DNA of 63,789 nucleotides, the filler included, from Octopus bimaculoides (taxonomy: Eukaryota), in NCBI RefSeq assembly GCF_001194135.2. It is 6 parts of 5 records of this genome, joined end to end, with 100 filler letters (N's around TTAATTAATTAA, not from the genome) between each part and the next. Parts side by side here need not be neighbours in the genome. Positions count along the whole stretch, not along the records: positions 12,300 to 29,037 come from NC_068986.1; 5 more parts are not named here. One strand, written 5' to 3'. The translations under genes and the position numbers were made by a program. Shown here one piece after another: positions 14,639 to 27,009 of the stretch. Below the pieces are notes generated by a model. That model did not search any database. It had not been told where the DNA came from and saw nothing but the letters and a program-made list of their open reading frames with translations. How positions within the stretch are numbered: position 1 is the stretch's first letter; every line of letters begins with the position of its first letter.

Positions 14639-15256
14639 ATGTATANNNNNNNNNNNNNNNNNNNNNNNNNNNNNNNNNNNNNNNNNNNNNNNNNNNNNNN
14701 NNNNNNNNNNNNNNNNNNNNNNNNNNNNNNNNNNNNNNNNNNNNNNNNNNNNNNNNNNNNNNNNNNNNNNNNNNNNNNNNNNNNNNNNNNNNNNNNNNNN
14801 NNNNNNNNNNNNNNNNNNNNNNNNNNNNNNNNNNNNNNNNNNNNNNNNNNNNNNNNNNNNNNNNNNNNNNNNNNNNNNNNNNNNNNNNNNNNNNNNNNNN
14901 NNNNNNNNNNNNNNNNNTATATATATAATTTATTGATGAGGGTAGAAATTGATATTAATCAATTAAAACCAGTGGTCTAGCATATTAAAAAATCCGAAGA
15001 TTAAAATTATATTACATACAAAAATAAGAGGAGTGACCTGCAAAAGTGGACTCCTATATGCTAGAAATAAATGCCGAATCATCTAACCACGTGGTTAGAG
15101 AGCTGAGTGGGGAAACTAAACTCCCTTGTTCGAAAATATAAGGATGCAGATATTGTGTCGTAGAGCCAGCTGGAGACGATGTTTTCTGGAGCTAAATAAC
15201 AGTTACAGTCGTCCTAACCAGAACTGCCACATTACGTTGGCAAATAATCTTTACTG

Positions 15257-15311
<55 letters not shown>

Positions 15312-16704
15312 CAATTCTCTATTTTTGAGATGAGGAATTATGTACATTATTTACACTGGACGAATTGGTATCCTCACCTTGTTTGTTGTTTTCTGAGAAG
15401 TTTTTGCATAGTAGATTGTTTGTTAGTCTGATCATTTCTTCGTGGTGTGTACCAAGATCGCTACTTATAGTCTTTACTCAATGTTTTAGGCGCTAAGCAA
15501 TCCCTCTCTGGGAGAATTTACGAAAAAAACAACAGACGAAGACAGGTGGTGTAAACAACAAATGGACGTTTCGAGCTACGCTCTTCAACTGAAAGGAACA
15601 CAGAAAGAAATAAGGAGAGAAACAAGGAGAAAAAAATGATAAAAGTAATAAAGGAGGTTTACATACTTTATATATNNNNNNNNNNNNNNNNNNNNNNNNN
15701 NNNNNNNNNNNNNNNNNNNNNNNNNNNNNNNNNNNNNNNNNNNNNNNNNNNNNNNNNNNNNNNNNNNNNNNNNNNNNNNNNNNNNNNNNNNNNNNNNNNN
15801 NNNNNNNNNNNNNNNNNNNNNNNNNNNNNNNNNNNNNNNNNNNNNNNNNNNNNNNNNNNNNNNNNNNNNNNNNNNNNNNNNNNNNNNNNNNNNNNNNNNN
15901 NNNNNNNNNNNNNNNNNNNNNNNNNNNNNNNNNNNNNNNNNNNNNNNNNNNNNNNNNNNNNNNNNNNNNNNNNNNNNNNNNNNNNNNNNNNNGTGTGTGT
16001 GTGTGTGTGTGCGCGTGAATCTTGTTCTTTGTACCAGTGACTACGTGTTGATGAATATGCGTAACTATATGTATATGTATTCATGAGTATGCGTGTGCTA
16101 TGTACACTGGTTGTGTTCGTGTCTTTGCCTGTGCCTGTCTGTGCGTCCGTATGTTTAGGTGTGTGTATGTATGTGTGTGTGATTGTGTGTGTGTCTGTGC
16201 ATATTTCTGTGTTGTGAATATGAAGATGTCTTTGTCTATGCCTATCAGTAAGCGCGCATATCTGTGTAAGCGTGTGTATGTGTTTGTGTGTGTGTGTGTG
16301 CGTCAGTGTGCGCGTCTGTGTGTGTGTGTGTGTATGTCGGTCAGTGCATATTTGTATGTGTGATTTGTACGTGAGCGTATGTGAGCGTGTATGAATGCGT
16401 GTGTGTGTTGCCAACGCAACAATTACAGATAACATTCATAATGACGTCACACACTAACTGTAAATATGTGTTGTGGGAGAGGTAGCGAATCGGGTGACAG
16501 CGAGTGTCAGGACAGAAGAGTGGATTATATAAGGTCAACGAAGATTCCTATATCGTCACTGTGATGGAATGGGTGGTGGTAGTGGATACCCGGAATGCTT
16601 ACGTTGTTTACTAATGTTTCATGTTTAGAATTTGACAATTAATAATAATAACAATAATAATAGTAGTAATAATAATAATAATAAATAATAATAAAAATAA
16701 TAAT

Positions 16705-17083
16705 ACTAATTGATGTATCAATACCAGCAGATGACAACGTTTCCCTAAAAGAAATGGAAAAACTTTCGAAATACAAAGACCTGGAAATAGAGGTAACTCG
16801 AATGTGGAATCTAAAAACAGAAACAATTCCTATCATAGTAGGTGCCTTAGGTATAATAAAAAAAATATTCAGACAAATACATAACAAAAACACCAGGATT
16901 AACAAATATATATAACATACAGAAAATTGCACTACTGGGCACTGCACACATCCTACGCAAAACACTTTCAATACAGTAACCATAAGAGCACCACAGCAAA
17001 CCACAACCCATACCCAAGGCGCACAGAGCTACGCTCGGTAGTGAAGTGAAAGCATGTTATAAAAATAAAACTACTGAACAATA

Positions 17084-17090
<7 letters not shown>
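16705..17090 (+). mobile_element. R4/Dong-like RLE retrotransposon 3' fragment
   Basis: Plus-strand translation LIDVSIPADDNVSLKEMEKLSKYKDLEIEVTRMWNLKTETIPIIVGALG..., then after a frameshift IQKIALLGTAHILRKTLSIQ*, followed by a 3' UTR. (TAA)n lies on both sides. Confidence 0.88.
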
Positions 17091-17147
<57 letters not shown>

Positions 17148-17569
17148 NNNNNNNNNNNNNNNNNNNNNNNNNNNNNNNNNNNNNNNNNNNNNNNNNNNNN
17201 NNNNNNNNNNNNNNNNNNNNNNNNNNNNNNNNNNNNNNNNNNNNNNNNNNNNNNNNNNNNNNNNNNNNNNNNNNNNNNNNNNNNNNNNNNNNNNNNNNNN
17301 NNNNNNNNNNNNNNNNNNNNNNNNNNNNNNNNNNNNNNNNNNNNNNNNNNNNNNNNNNNNNNNNNNNNNNNNNNNNNNNNNNNNNNNNNNNNNNNNNNNN
17401 NNNNNNNNNNNNNNNNNNNNNNNNNNNNNNNNNNNNNNNNNNNNNNNNNNNNNNNNNNNNNNNNNNNNNNNNNNNNNNNNNNNNNNNNNNNNNNNNNNNN
17501 NNNNNNNNNNNNNNNNNNNNNNNNNNNNNNNNNNNNNNNNNNNNNNNNNNNNNNNNNNNNNNNNNNNNG

Positions 17570-18025
17570 TTTCTGATTTTAATTGATTGGAAGTGTTATC
17601 ATGTTCATTGTTTGTCTTGGTATAAAAAGATGGGCTACAGCAAATATTCTGCTCAATACTACAGATTTGCTTGTCAGTTGTTTGACCTTAACCAGTTGAG
17701 CATGTCCCTTGGTGGCTGACGATATGTACATTTCTGATCATGAGCAGAAGTAGTGGGGGAGCATCATAGCCATGTGTTGAGAGGAATTCTTTGGGGTTTG
17801 GATAATTCACCTTTGGAAACATGGGTATTTCGTTCGACATCTTCAAACAACCTTTATTCGAGGACCTTTTGAGCGGGATGGGCTACTCGACCTGAAGAAA
17901 ATTCTAACTAGGCCCCCACCTGCAAGGTCATGCGGTGTTTATCTTGATATGAGACCACAATGTCACGCACATATAGTAGTGATGCATGTGCCTGGTGTAC
18001 CCTTATCAGACGGGTAGTCATGATG
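17570..18025 (+). repeat. Unclassified interspersed repeat, with inverted partial copies at 18452-18625 and 35700-35790
   Basis: AATATTCTGCTCAATACTACAGATTTGCTTGTCAG...TTTGGGGTTTG matches the reverse complement of 18452-18625. ATGTCACGCAC...CCTGGTGTACCCT matches the reverse complement near 35745-35790. Confidence 0.7.
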
Positions 18026-18035
18026 NNNNNNNNNN

Positions 18036-18298
18036 TTACGGGGACGTAAACACACCAGCATCGATTGTCAAACGATGTTGGGGGAACAAACACAGACACA
18101 CAAACACGCACATATATATATATACATATACATATATACGACGGGCTTCTTTCAGTTTCTACTAAATCCACTCACAAGGCTTTGGTCGGCCCGAGGCTAT
18201 AGTAGAAGACACTTGCCCAAGGTACCACGCAGTGGGACTGAACCAGGAACCATGTGGTTGGTAAGCAAGCTACTTACCACACATCCACTCCTGCGCAG
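18036..18298 (-). mobile_element. SINE family A copy (head half)
   Basis: TTACGGGGACGTAAACACACCAGCATCG...GCAGTGGGACTGAACC...TACTTACCACAC. Confidence 0.85.
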
Positions 18299-19306
18299 GT
18301 CAATTGATAATTGAGCAGATTTCATCAAATGTATTCCAATCGTGACCATTTAAGAGGGCTTTTTTGTTTTGTTTTGTTTTGTTTTTATTCACCAACCTCT
18401 AGAAAGTATGAGAAATGGCTAATATTTCCTTCGAACTTTATTTTTGTCACATTTATTCAAACCCCAAAGAATCCCTCTCAACAGATGGCTATGATGCTCC
18501 CTCCCCCCACTATTCCTGCTCATGATCAGAGATGCATACATTGTCGCCCACTAAGGGACATGCTCAAGTGGTTAAGGTCAAGCAACTGACAAGCAAATCT
18601 GTGGTATTGAGTAGAATATTTGCTATAACGATATTTCTACCCCAGGAACTCAGCACTGAATCTGTCTGAAATCTAATGGAAAATAGGTCAGTTTGAAAAC
18701 ATTGACGTCCAGGTCACAGAAGCAAAGTATGAAGGGGATGGTAGTCATTTCCTTTCATTTCTAGACTGAAGCAAATAGGAAATAATACTTACTGATAGAA
18801 TAATACTAACTGAAAGACATAGTTAAAATTGTGTTACACAGTGTAATTTGAAGGGGACATATTCCAGATATATTACATGAGAAGTGCAGATCTATTAAAA
18901 ACTGTGATATTAAGTATTTTACTCCAGAGCACAACGCATCACCCGGTCAGGAATCGAAACCACAATCTAACGATCATGAGCTCAACAACCTAACCACTAA
19001 GCCATGTACTTCCAGATGAGTGTATGTAAGTGCATGCGTGCGTGTCTGTGTGAGCGCGCGCGCGTGTGTATGTGTGTGTGCGTGTTTGTGTTCATATATG
19101 TTTATAATTCTGTTCTTACAGAGGAAGCGCTAGACGTGTCTGTGTGGTTAAGAAACGCGCTTTGTAATCACGTGGTTTCGAGTTCAGTCCCACAGCGCGG
19201 AACCTGGAGCAAGTTTCTTCTACAATATACACAAGCTAAGCAATGCTTCGTGCGTGAATATTGTTGACGGAAACTGTGTTGAAGTCCGTCGTTTTTATGC
19301 ATAAGC

Positions 19307-19337
<31 letters not shown>

Positions 19338-20132
19338 AATATAAAATATAGAGTGTAGATGATACTCTATGTATAAGTACTACTGTTTTTGTGCGCGTTT
19401 ATGAGCTAAGGAGTANNNNNNNNNNNNNNNNNNNNNNNNNNNNNNNNNNNNNNNNNNNNNNNNNNNNNNNNNNNNNNNNNNNNNNNNNNNNNNNNNNNNN
19501 NNNNNNNNNNNNNNNNNNNNNNNNNNNNNNNNNNNNNNNNNNNNNNNNNNNNNNNNNNNNNNNNNNNNNNNNNNNNNNNNNNNNNNNNNNNNNNNNNNNN
19601 NNNNNNNNNNNNNNNNNNNNNNNNNNNNNNNNNNNNNNNNNNNNNNNNNNNNNNNNNNNNNNNNNNNNNNNNNNNNNNNNNNNNNNNNNNNNNNNNNNNN
19701 NNNNNNNNNNNNNNNNNNNNNNNNNNNNNNNNNNNNNNNNNNNNNNNNNNNNNNNNNNNNNNNNNNNNNNNNNNNNNNNNNNNNNNNNNNNNNNNNNNNN
19801 NNNNNNNNNNNNNNNNNNNNNNNNNNNNNNNNNNNNNNNNNNNNNNNNNNNNNNNNNNNNNNNNNNNNNNNNNNNNNNNNNNNNNNNNNNNNNNNNNNNN
19901 NNNNNNNNNNNNNNNNNNNNNNNNNNNNNNNNNNNNNNNNNNNNNNNNNNNNNNNNNNNNNNNNNNNNNNNNNNNNNNNNNNNNNNNNNNNNNNNNNNNN
20001 NNNNNNNNNNNNNNNNNNNNNNNNNNNNNNNNNNNNNNNNNNNNNNNNNNNNNNNNNNNNNNNNNNNNNNNNNNNNNNNNNNNNNNNNNNNNNNNNNNNN
20101 NNNNNNNNNNNNNNNNATATATATATGCATGC

Positions 20133-20159
<27 letters not shown>

Positions 20160-20164
<5 letters not shown>

Positions 20165-20392
20165 TAAAACGATCAAAGGTCCTTCCCGAGCCATACATTC
20201 ATGAGGCCGGTTTCCCAGATTCTGTAGCGTATATATTCTCCAATCCCTGGATGGGGCGCCAGTCCGTTGTTTTGGTCAGCTGAGTGTACTGGAGTATTTT
20301 ACCCCAAAGTATAACGCATCGCCTAGTTCAGAAATCGAAACCACAATCTTACGATCATGAATGCAACACCCTATCCATAAAGACGCTTCCAC
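20160..20392 (-). mobile_element. SINE family C copy
   Basis: GGCCGGTTTCCC...CAGCTGAGTGTACTGGAG...GAAATCGAAACCACAATCTTACGATCATG. Confidence 0.7.
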
Positions 20393-20425
<33 letters not shown>

Positions 20426-22071
20426 TGTGTGTGTTTTTGTGAGTGTATATGTGTACGTACGTACATGTGTGTGCATGTATGTATGTATGTATGTATGTAT
20501 GTATGTATGTATGTATGCATGTATGCATGTATATGTATGTGTGCCTGTGCTATCCCCACCTCATTTTTTAACCGGTGTTGACTTCTTAACGTTACAGTAA
20601 CATAGCGGTTCAGGAAATGAGGCCAACAGAATAAGTATCAACCTTTAAAAGCATGCCAATTTCTCCGACTAATCACTTCATGGTGGTGCCCTAGCATGGC
20701 CGCAGTCCTGTAACTGAGATAAGTAAAAAGAAAAACCAATGATTATGATATCAGCATAGGTTGATTATGATTTGTTTTTCAAATCTAATTAATACACGTT
20801 CAGATTACAGAGATAAAGTCAGGTGGAATTTGTGTTATAGATAGACATAACATATATATATATACATATATATANNNNNNNNNNNNNNNNNNNNNNNNNN
20901 NNNNNNNNNNNNNNNNNNNNNNNNNNNNNNNNNNNNNNNNNNNNNNNNNNNNNNNNNNNNNNNNNNNNNNNNNNNNNNNNNNNNNNNNNNNNNNNNNNNN
21001 NNNNNNNNNNNNNNNNNNNNNNNNNNNNNNNNNNNNNNNNNNNNNNNNNNNNNNNNNNNNNNNNNNNNNNNNNNNNNNNNNNNNNNNNNNNNNNNNNNNN
21101 NNNNNNNNNNNNNNNNNNNNNNNNNNNNNNNNNNNNNNNNNNNNNNNNNNNNNNNNNNNNNNNNNNNNNNNNNNNNNNNNNNNNNNNNNNNNNNNNNNNN
21201 NNNNNNNNNNNNNNNNNNNNNNNNNNNNNNNNNNNNNNNNNNNNNNNNNNNNNNNNNNNNNNNNNNNNNNNNNNNNNNNNNNNNNNNNNNNNNNNNNNNN
21301 NNNNNNNNNNNNNNNNNNNNNNNNNNNNNNNNNNNNNNNNNNNNNNNNNNNNNNNNNNNNNNNNNNNNNNNNNNNNNNNNNNNNNNNNNNNNNNNNNNNN
21401 NNNNNNNNNNNNNNNNNNNNNNNNNNNNNNNNNNNNNNNNNNNNNNNNNNNNNNNNNNNNNNNNNNNNNNNNNNNNNNNNNNNNNNNNNNNNNNNNNNNN
21501 NNNNNNNNNNNNNNNNNNNNNNNNNNNNNNNNNNNNNNNNNNNNNNNNNNNNNNNNNNNNNNNNNNNNNNNNNNNNNNNNNNNNNNNNNNNNNNNNNNNN
21601 NNNNNNNNNNNNNNNNNNNNNNNNNNNNNNNNNNNNNNNNNNNNNNNNNNNNNNNNNNNNNNNNNNNGTAAAAAGCGGGATCCCAAGACTTTCTGCAAGA
21701 CTTTTGCGTTAAGTCCACCTTCAGATTGACCCACAATACAGCTTCTTTGAAATTCGGACAGTTCCAAGGCTTCTTATCTACGTGGCATGATTAAACAGTC
21801 ACAAATAGAACCTGAAACATAAAAATGTCCATTAATAAAAAATATAAACCTTTTCAAGTTAAAATAAACATGAAACGATGTTTTATGTGGAGTCTATTTA
21901 CTTCTGTTGTGTGTTTGTGTATGTGTGTATGTGTGTATGTGGGTGGGGGGGTATGCCATTTTGGGGTTTGTTGGATCTGTCACACAGTAGAAATGTTACG
22001 CATTCATACAATCAAGTACCCATCTATCAATCCATCCTTCCATCAATCCATCCATCTATCACTGCATACAC

Positions 22072-22104
<33 letters not shown>

Positions 22105-22117
22105 CATACATACATAC

Positions 22118-22990
22118 AACACTATGCATGGATATGTTAGTAGAAAGCTCCGAGATGATAGTAACATTGATCATCAAAGCAGTCCATCATGGAACAACAG
22201 CCGGATTACTACCTCCCGTTTTGAAGGGTTTGCGTTTGCAATCTGGGAACAGGAAACATCAACCAAATGCCTGATGCACAAAAGGGATAGAGACGCAAGA
22301 AAAGCAGTAAAATGTGACAACCGATGTAGACTTTGTGGAGTTCACACTGAAGATATCACCCACATCATAAGCAGTTGTTCAAAAATGTCATAATGGTATT
22401 ATCTACCTATGAGACATGATGTAGCTAGGACACTCTATAATGAAATCCGTCGGAAGGATAACCCCAAAGACAAAGAAATAAGAAACCACGGTACGGTAGA
22501 AGCCATAGCCACTCATAATTAAAAGGAGTTCTCGTGGAATGTCCCAGTGAAGACCTCAGAAAAATGTAAGTACAACAGATCTGATATAATGATTTGGGAT
22601 GGAGAAGAGAAACTGTGTACAGTTGTGGAAATTAACTGCCCAGCCGATGTTAGCATAAAGCTGAAGTGAAAAAGAGAACACCTATGCTGAACTATTGAGA
22701 AATTTGCAGTTACTCAATCCAGATTACAAGTTCAGGTTTATACCTGTAATTATTGGTGCCCTGGGATATGTAACACACTGCCTAAATACCAACCTTGAGA
22801 AATTAAGCTTCTCAAAACCAGAAACGAGAAAGATAATTCGAAGACTACAGATCTAAATACATCATTAGTACTGTAAAAATGTGTAAAACTTTCCAGAGGT
22901 TTATCATCTAAATATATATGAGCATGTCTAGATATGCAACTATATGCATGAGAATGCATACATAAAACAAAACATGTAAATATGCACATA
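22118..22990 (+). mobile_element. R4-like RLE retrotransposon 3' fragment embedded in (TACA)n
   Basis: Plus-strand translation MHGY...FEGFAFAIWEQET...CRLCGVHTEDITHIISSC (CCHC)...RHD...NRSDIMIWD...VVEINCP...FIPVIIGALG...KMCKTFQRFII*, with stops. It starts and ends in TACA arrays. Confidence 0.88.
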
Positions 22991-23049
22991 TGCATACATA
23001 CATACATAATACATGCATACGTACGTACATACATACATATATACATACA

Positions 23050-23083
<34 letters not shown>

Positions 23084-23190
23084 CATACATACACACATAC
23101 ACATACATACACACACATATACATACATGCATGCATACATGCATGCATACATACATACATACATACATACATACATACATACATACATAC
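22990..23190. repeat. (TACA)n microsatellite; representative of dozens of (TA)n, (CA)n, (GA)n, (TACA)n, (TAGA)n, (TAA)n, (TAG)n and (CAC)n arrays across the window
   Basis: Seen directly. These arrays generate most of the ORF track entries (YIYI, HTHT, CVCV, MYVC). Confidence 0.97.
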
Positions 23191-23528
23191 ATGATGATGA
23201 TGGCCGTCCACTTGTGACCGAGGAAGACCATTGCCGACCTTCAGGAACATTATGCACTCTAGGACTAACTTATATTTTGCACTTGCGGCTCCGTTGGTGG
23301 CTAATGAGCCCTGCTCTTGACAAGCATACACGACTGCAAACATTGCAGACCAAGCTTTCCCCATTCACTATACGAGCCGTGCGCTTTCGCGCAGCTCGCT
23401 TAAGTTCTTCATGCTGGATACGTGCTCTCTCAAAAGTGTCGATCCTCTCCTTAACATGCTTCCTCCATCTGTGGCGATGACAGGCATTGTTCTCCCAATC
23501 GTTGTCCTGCATATCACAGGCCTTTAAT
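23191..23528 (-). mobile_element. RTE-clade LINE 3' end fragment
   Basis: Minus-strand translation WENNACHRHRWRKHVKERI...LKRAARK...LVCNVCSRVCLSRAGLISHQRSRKC*, the C2H2-type C-terminus of RTE elements, then a short 3' UTR and a (CAT)n tail. Confidence 0.8.
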
Positions 23529-24570
23529 ACATACATACATACATACATACATACATACATACATACATACATACATACACACATACATACATACATACAT
23601 ACATACATACATACCCACGCGCAATACGTTGTACAAAATGTATTCGGCGTTAAAGTGAAATTACCAATATTATTTTCAGTACCATATTTTAGACTTCAAT
23701 ACTCGAAAATCAATCATTGTACCAATTGTCATAATTAAGGTACATTTGAATATATATCTGCGTAAATAATGAGATATATTAGATAATTTCATTTTATCAC
23801 CAATACGTTTAGTACAAGGTCTTGTGTGTTATACACGAACGTATGTATCTACGTTTGCCTATAGTTCGTATGTATCTACGTACGAATGTTTATATGTATG
23901 TATGTATGTACGTTTGTGTGACGTGTATACGCATGTATCTATATATGTACGTATGCAGGTGTGTATGCTTGCATATATGTGTATGTATGTATATATGTAT
24001 GTATGTATATATGTATGTACGTATGTATGTATGTATGTACGTATGTATGTATGTATGTATGTATGTATGTATGTATGTATGTATGTATGCGCGTAAGTAC
24101 TTTCGAACATGCATATATGTATATTCATATTTATATATGTTTGCATGAATGGATGGATGATGGATTTTGGGTGGTTGGATGGTTGGAAGGATGGATAGAC
24201 GAGTTGGTGGACGGATGGGTGAGTGTGTAGGTGGGTGGATGAATGGATGGGTGATTGGTGGGTAGATGGGTGGATGGGTGATTGGTGGGTAGATGGGTGG
24301 ATGACATTTGTACAAGGTGATAGCACCAAGAAGCAAAAAACGTGACAATCTTTTTATATATAAAGTGATGCATGACAAAGTAGAAAGAAAAGCTTGCTGA
24401 GACGTGGGTGCAAAGAAACCGTACATTCTTTGGTAAGATCAATGCTACTCGGCACCATTTAAGAAAAGAACGACTTGTTGAATATGTTCCTGAATTAAAA
24501 ATAAAAATGAGAGAGACTGGACTGTTATTGCTTGAACGCCTTTCATTATCGGGCTGCTAGATCATTGATG

Positions 24571-24954
24571 GTTGGCACCCCGTCGGTTACGACGACGAGG
24601 GTTCCAGTTGATCCGATCAACGGAACAGCCTGCTCGTGAAATTAACGTGCAAGTGGCTGAGCAATCCACAGACATGTGTACCCTTAACGTAGTTTTCGGG
24701 GGAGATCCAGTGTGACACAGAGTGTGACAAGGCTGGCTCTTTGAAATACAGGTACAACAGAAACAGGAAGAGAGTGTGAGAGAAAGTTGTGGCGAAAGAG
24801 TACAGCAGGCTTCGCCACCATCCCCTGCCGGAGCCTCGTGGAGATTTAGGTATTTTCGCTCAATAAACACTCACAACGCCCGGTCTGGGAATCGAAACCG
24901 CGATCCTACGACTGCGAGTCCACTGCCCTAACCACTGGGCCATTGCGCCTCTAC
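24571..24954 (-). mobile_element. Full-length tRNA-derived SINE (family D here), young copy with TSD
   Basis: The reverse complement has box A TGGCCCAGTGG and box B GGTTTCGATTCCC. A 12-bp direct repeat AGATCATTGATG lies at 24559-24570 and 24955-24966. Confidence 0.9.
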
Positions 24955-27009
24955 AGATCATTGATGACCCAGGTCAGAAAGAAACAACAGCAACAATAGT
25001 GACGAAACCCTCATAGATTAGAAGTAACTGGCTAAAGAATATATACATCTAATTTATAATTACTAGTACACTCGTATACTTAAAACGCTATATTTGTTGT
25101 TTCCAAGATTGTTCTACTGGCCTGGAACTTTTTGTATATATTCAGTTGTTCTTTGTTATCAGATATTACAGATTTAGAGCCGTTCGTTTTATTATTTCTC
25201 CTCCAGATTGTTTCCTTAACCTATTATTGAAATAATCATTTAGAAAAACATTGGTTTTTATATTCAAATTACGATATACGTAAACAAACAAATGAAGTTT
25301 GCTTTTAGAAGCGTTGATGAGATGTCTTAGAAAGTTAAAGAAGTGATTTTAAATTCTCAATCGCAGGATAATGCTAATAATATAGCCTGAACGGGATAAA
25401 CTACCCCTATTTTGCAGAAAAAAGTGTAGGTGGTTAGCTGTGGGATGTTCATATTTCCATATTGAATGGTAAAGAACTGTCCACAGAACTGTCCAAATGT
25501 GATAATTGGATTTCAGATGTACAAATGGAGCTTCGATTGTGAGGAGGTAACTTTAAATGTATAATGGTAGATTTAAATGTGTTAAGAGAAGTTCAATTGT
25601 ATAAAAGTAAAAAAGAGTTTTCAATGTGTAACGATACGTTTAAATGTATGCAGAGGAGCTTCGAATGCACCTGCTTTGAAGAGATTGTGATAACGATGTT
25701 GTTGCTTTTTATTCTGAAAATTTTAATAGAGATATGACTGTATATTTAAGAAGTGTACTTAGCAACTACATAGTTTTGTGTTCAACCCCAAAAGCGTTGT
25801 TTTATGAACATGTTTGTTTTAATATACCTTTCTGATTACTGACGGAGTAGGCCTCTATATCTGTTCATGAGTGATAGACTAAATTCCTTTCCTGGTTTAG
25901 CACCAGAAACCTAGTCCTTAGGTTCCTAGTTGAGTTGTCTGTTCCAAATACTGGGAACGATGTCACCGGTTTGTAGATAATATCCTTCCTTCTGCCCACC
26001 TATCTCAGAAACCCTAAAAAAGGGGTCATGAGTTCTAGTCTTATTCCTCTGACTAAACCTTAAAGAGATCGACTCTGGTTGAGTGTACCTTTGATCCAGA
26101 GTGTTCCAAGCGTTATTTTCTTGTTCCTTTCTATTTTTCTTGTTCCTTTCTATTTTCATAAGGACCACGAAGTTCCAGCGTGTCCTTTTGTATGACATTT
26201 GGAAGTGATTGGAAGAAAGCTTAGCTACTAATTCTAGCACATCGAGCATTCAAATAGATTGACTCGTTGTACCTTGGATAAACAACGTTCTTCGCAAGGG
26301 TTTGTTTATCATCTGAAAGAATCCTGATAAGTGATTCCTTAATACCATGTTCTTCATTTATAAGTCAACTGCATTAATTAATACGTTAAAGGTTAAAGAA
26401 GTTGTCTTTGTCACAGAATCCTTTAAAATGTATGACAATTATTAGGTTCAGTTTTGACATTTTGTTATGAAATATGTTTTTAAAAAAGTCATAGTTGTCA
26501 CCTAAACGCTTCCAGCCTCTTCATAGTACACAATGCAGTCTGCAACACATTACTTAAATACTTCTACAATGAGCGGACTAAGCTTGTTTTGAAAGGAAAG
26601 CCAGAAAAGAATATTGATTCTTTATTCTTCTCCCAAGTTTTCTTTTCATTCCAGCTATTCTTAGCTTACATATTGAAATTATGTTGAATAATTTGTCTTC
26701 TGTATCAAAAATCTCTGAAAGCCATTTAAGAGCGTGACTAAGATGAAACAGATCAATAACAATGCACATGCATTTCTTTTAACCGTTCAACATTTCTGCA
26801 AAACCCCGGGGACATATCTTGTTACCTACAAGTGAAAAGAACTATTTAGGGTATTCCAGCACTTTAGTAATATGTAATTAGATGGCAAAAGCGACAAGTA
26901 GCTAGTTACTGCAGAGGATTACATTCGTCAACCTCAACAAGTTTGCAGCATTTCACAGCTACTCTCCTTCCAAATGTCTGGAAAATGTCGACGCAGGCAT
27001 GTGTGTGTG

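Noticed and set aside
24150-24300. G-rich (GGAT/GGGT)n tract with a duplicated unit of about 27 nt and G-quadruplex potential
   Set aside because: It is a degenerate tetranucleotide microsatellite with no evidence of function.
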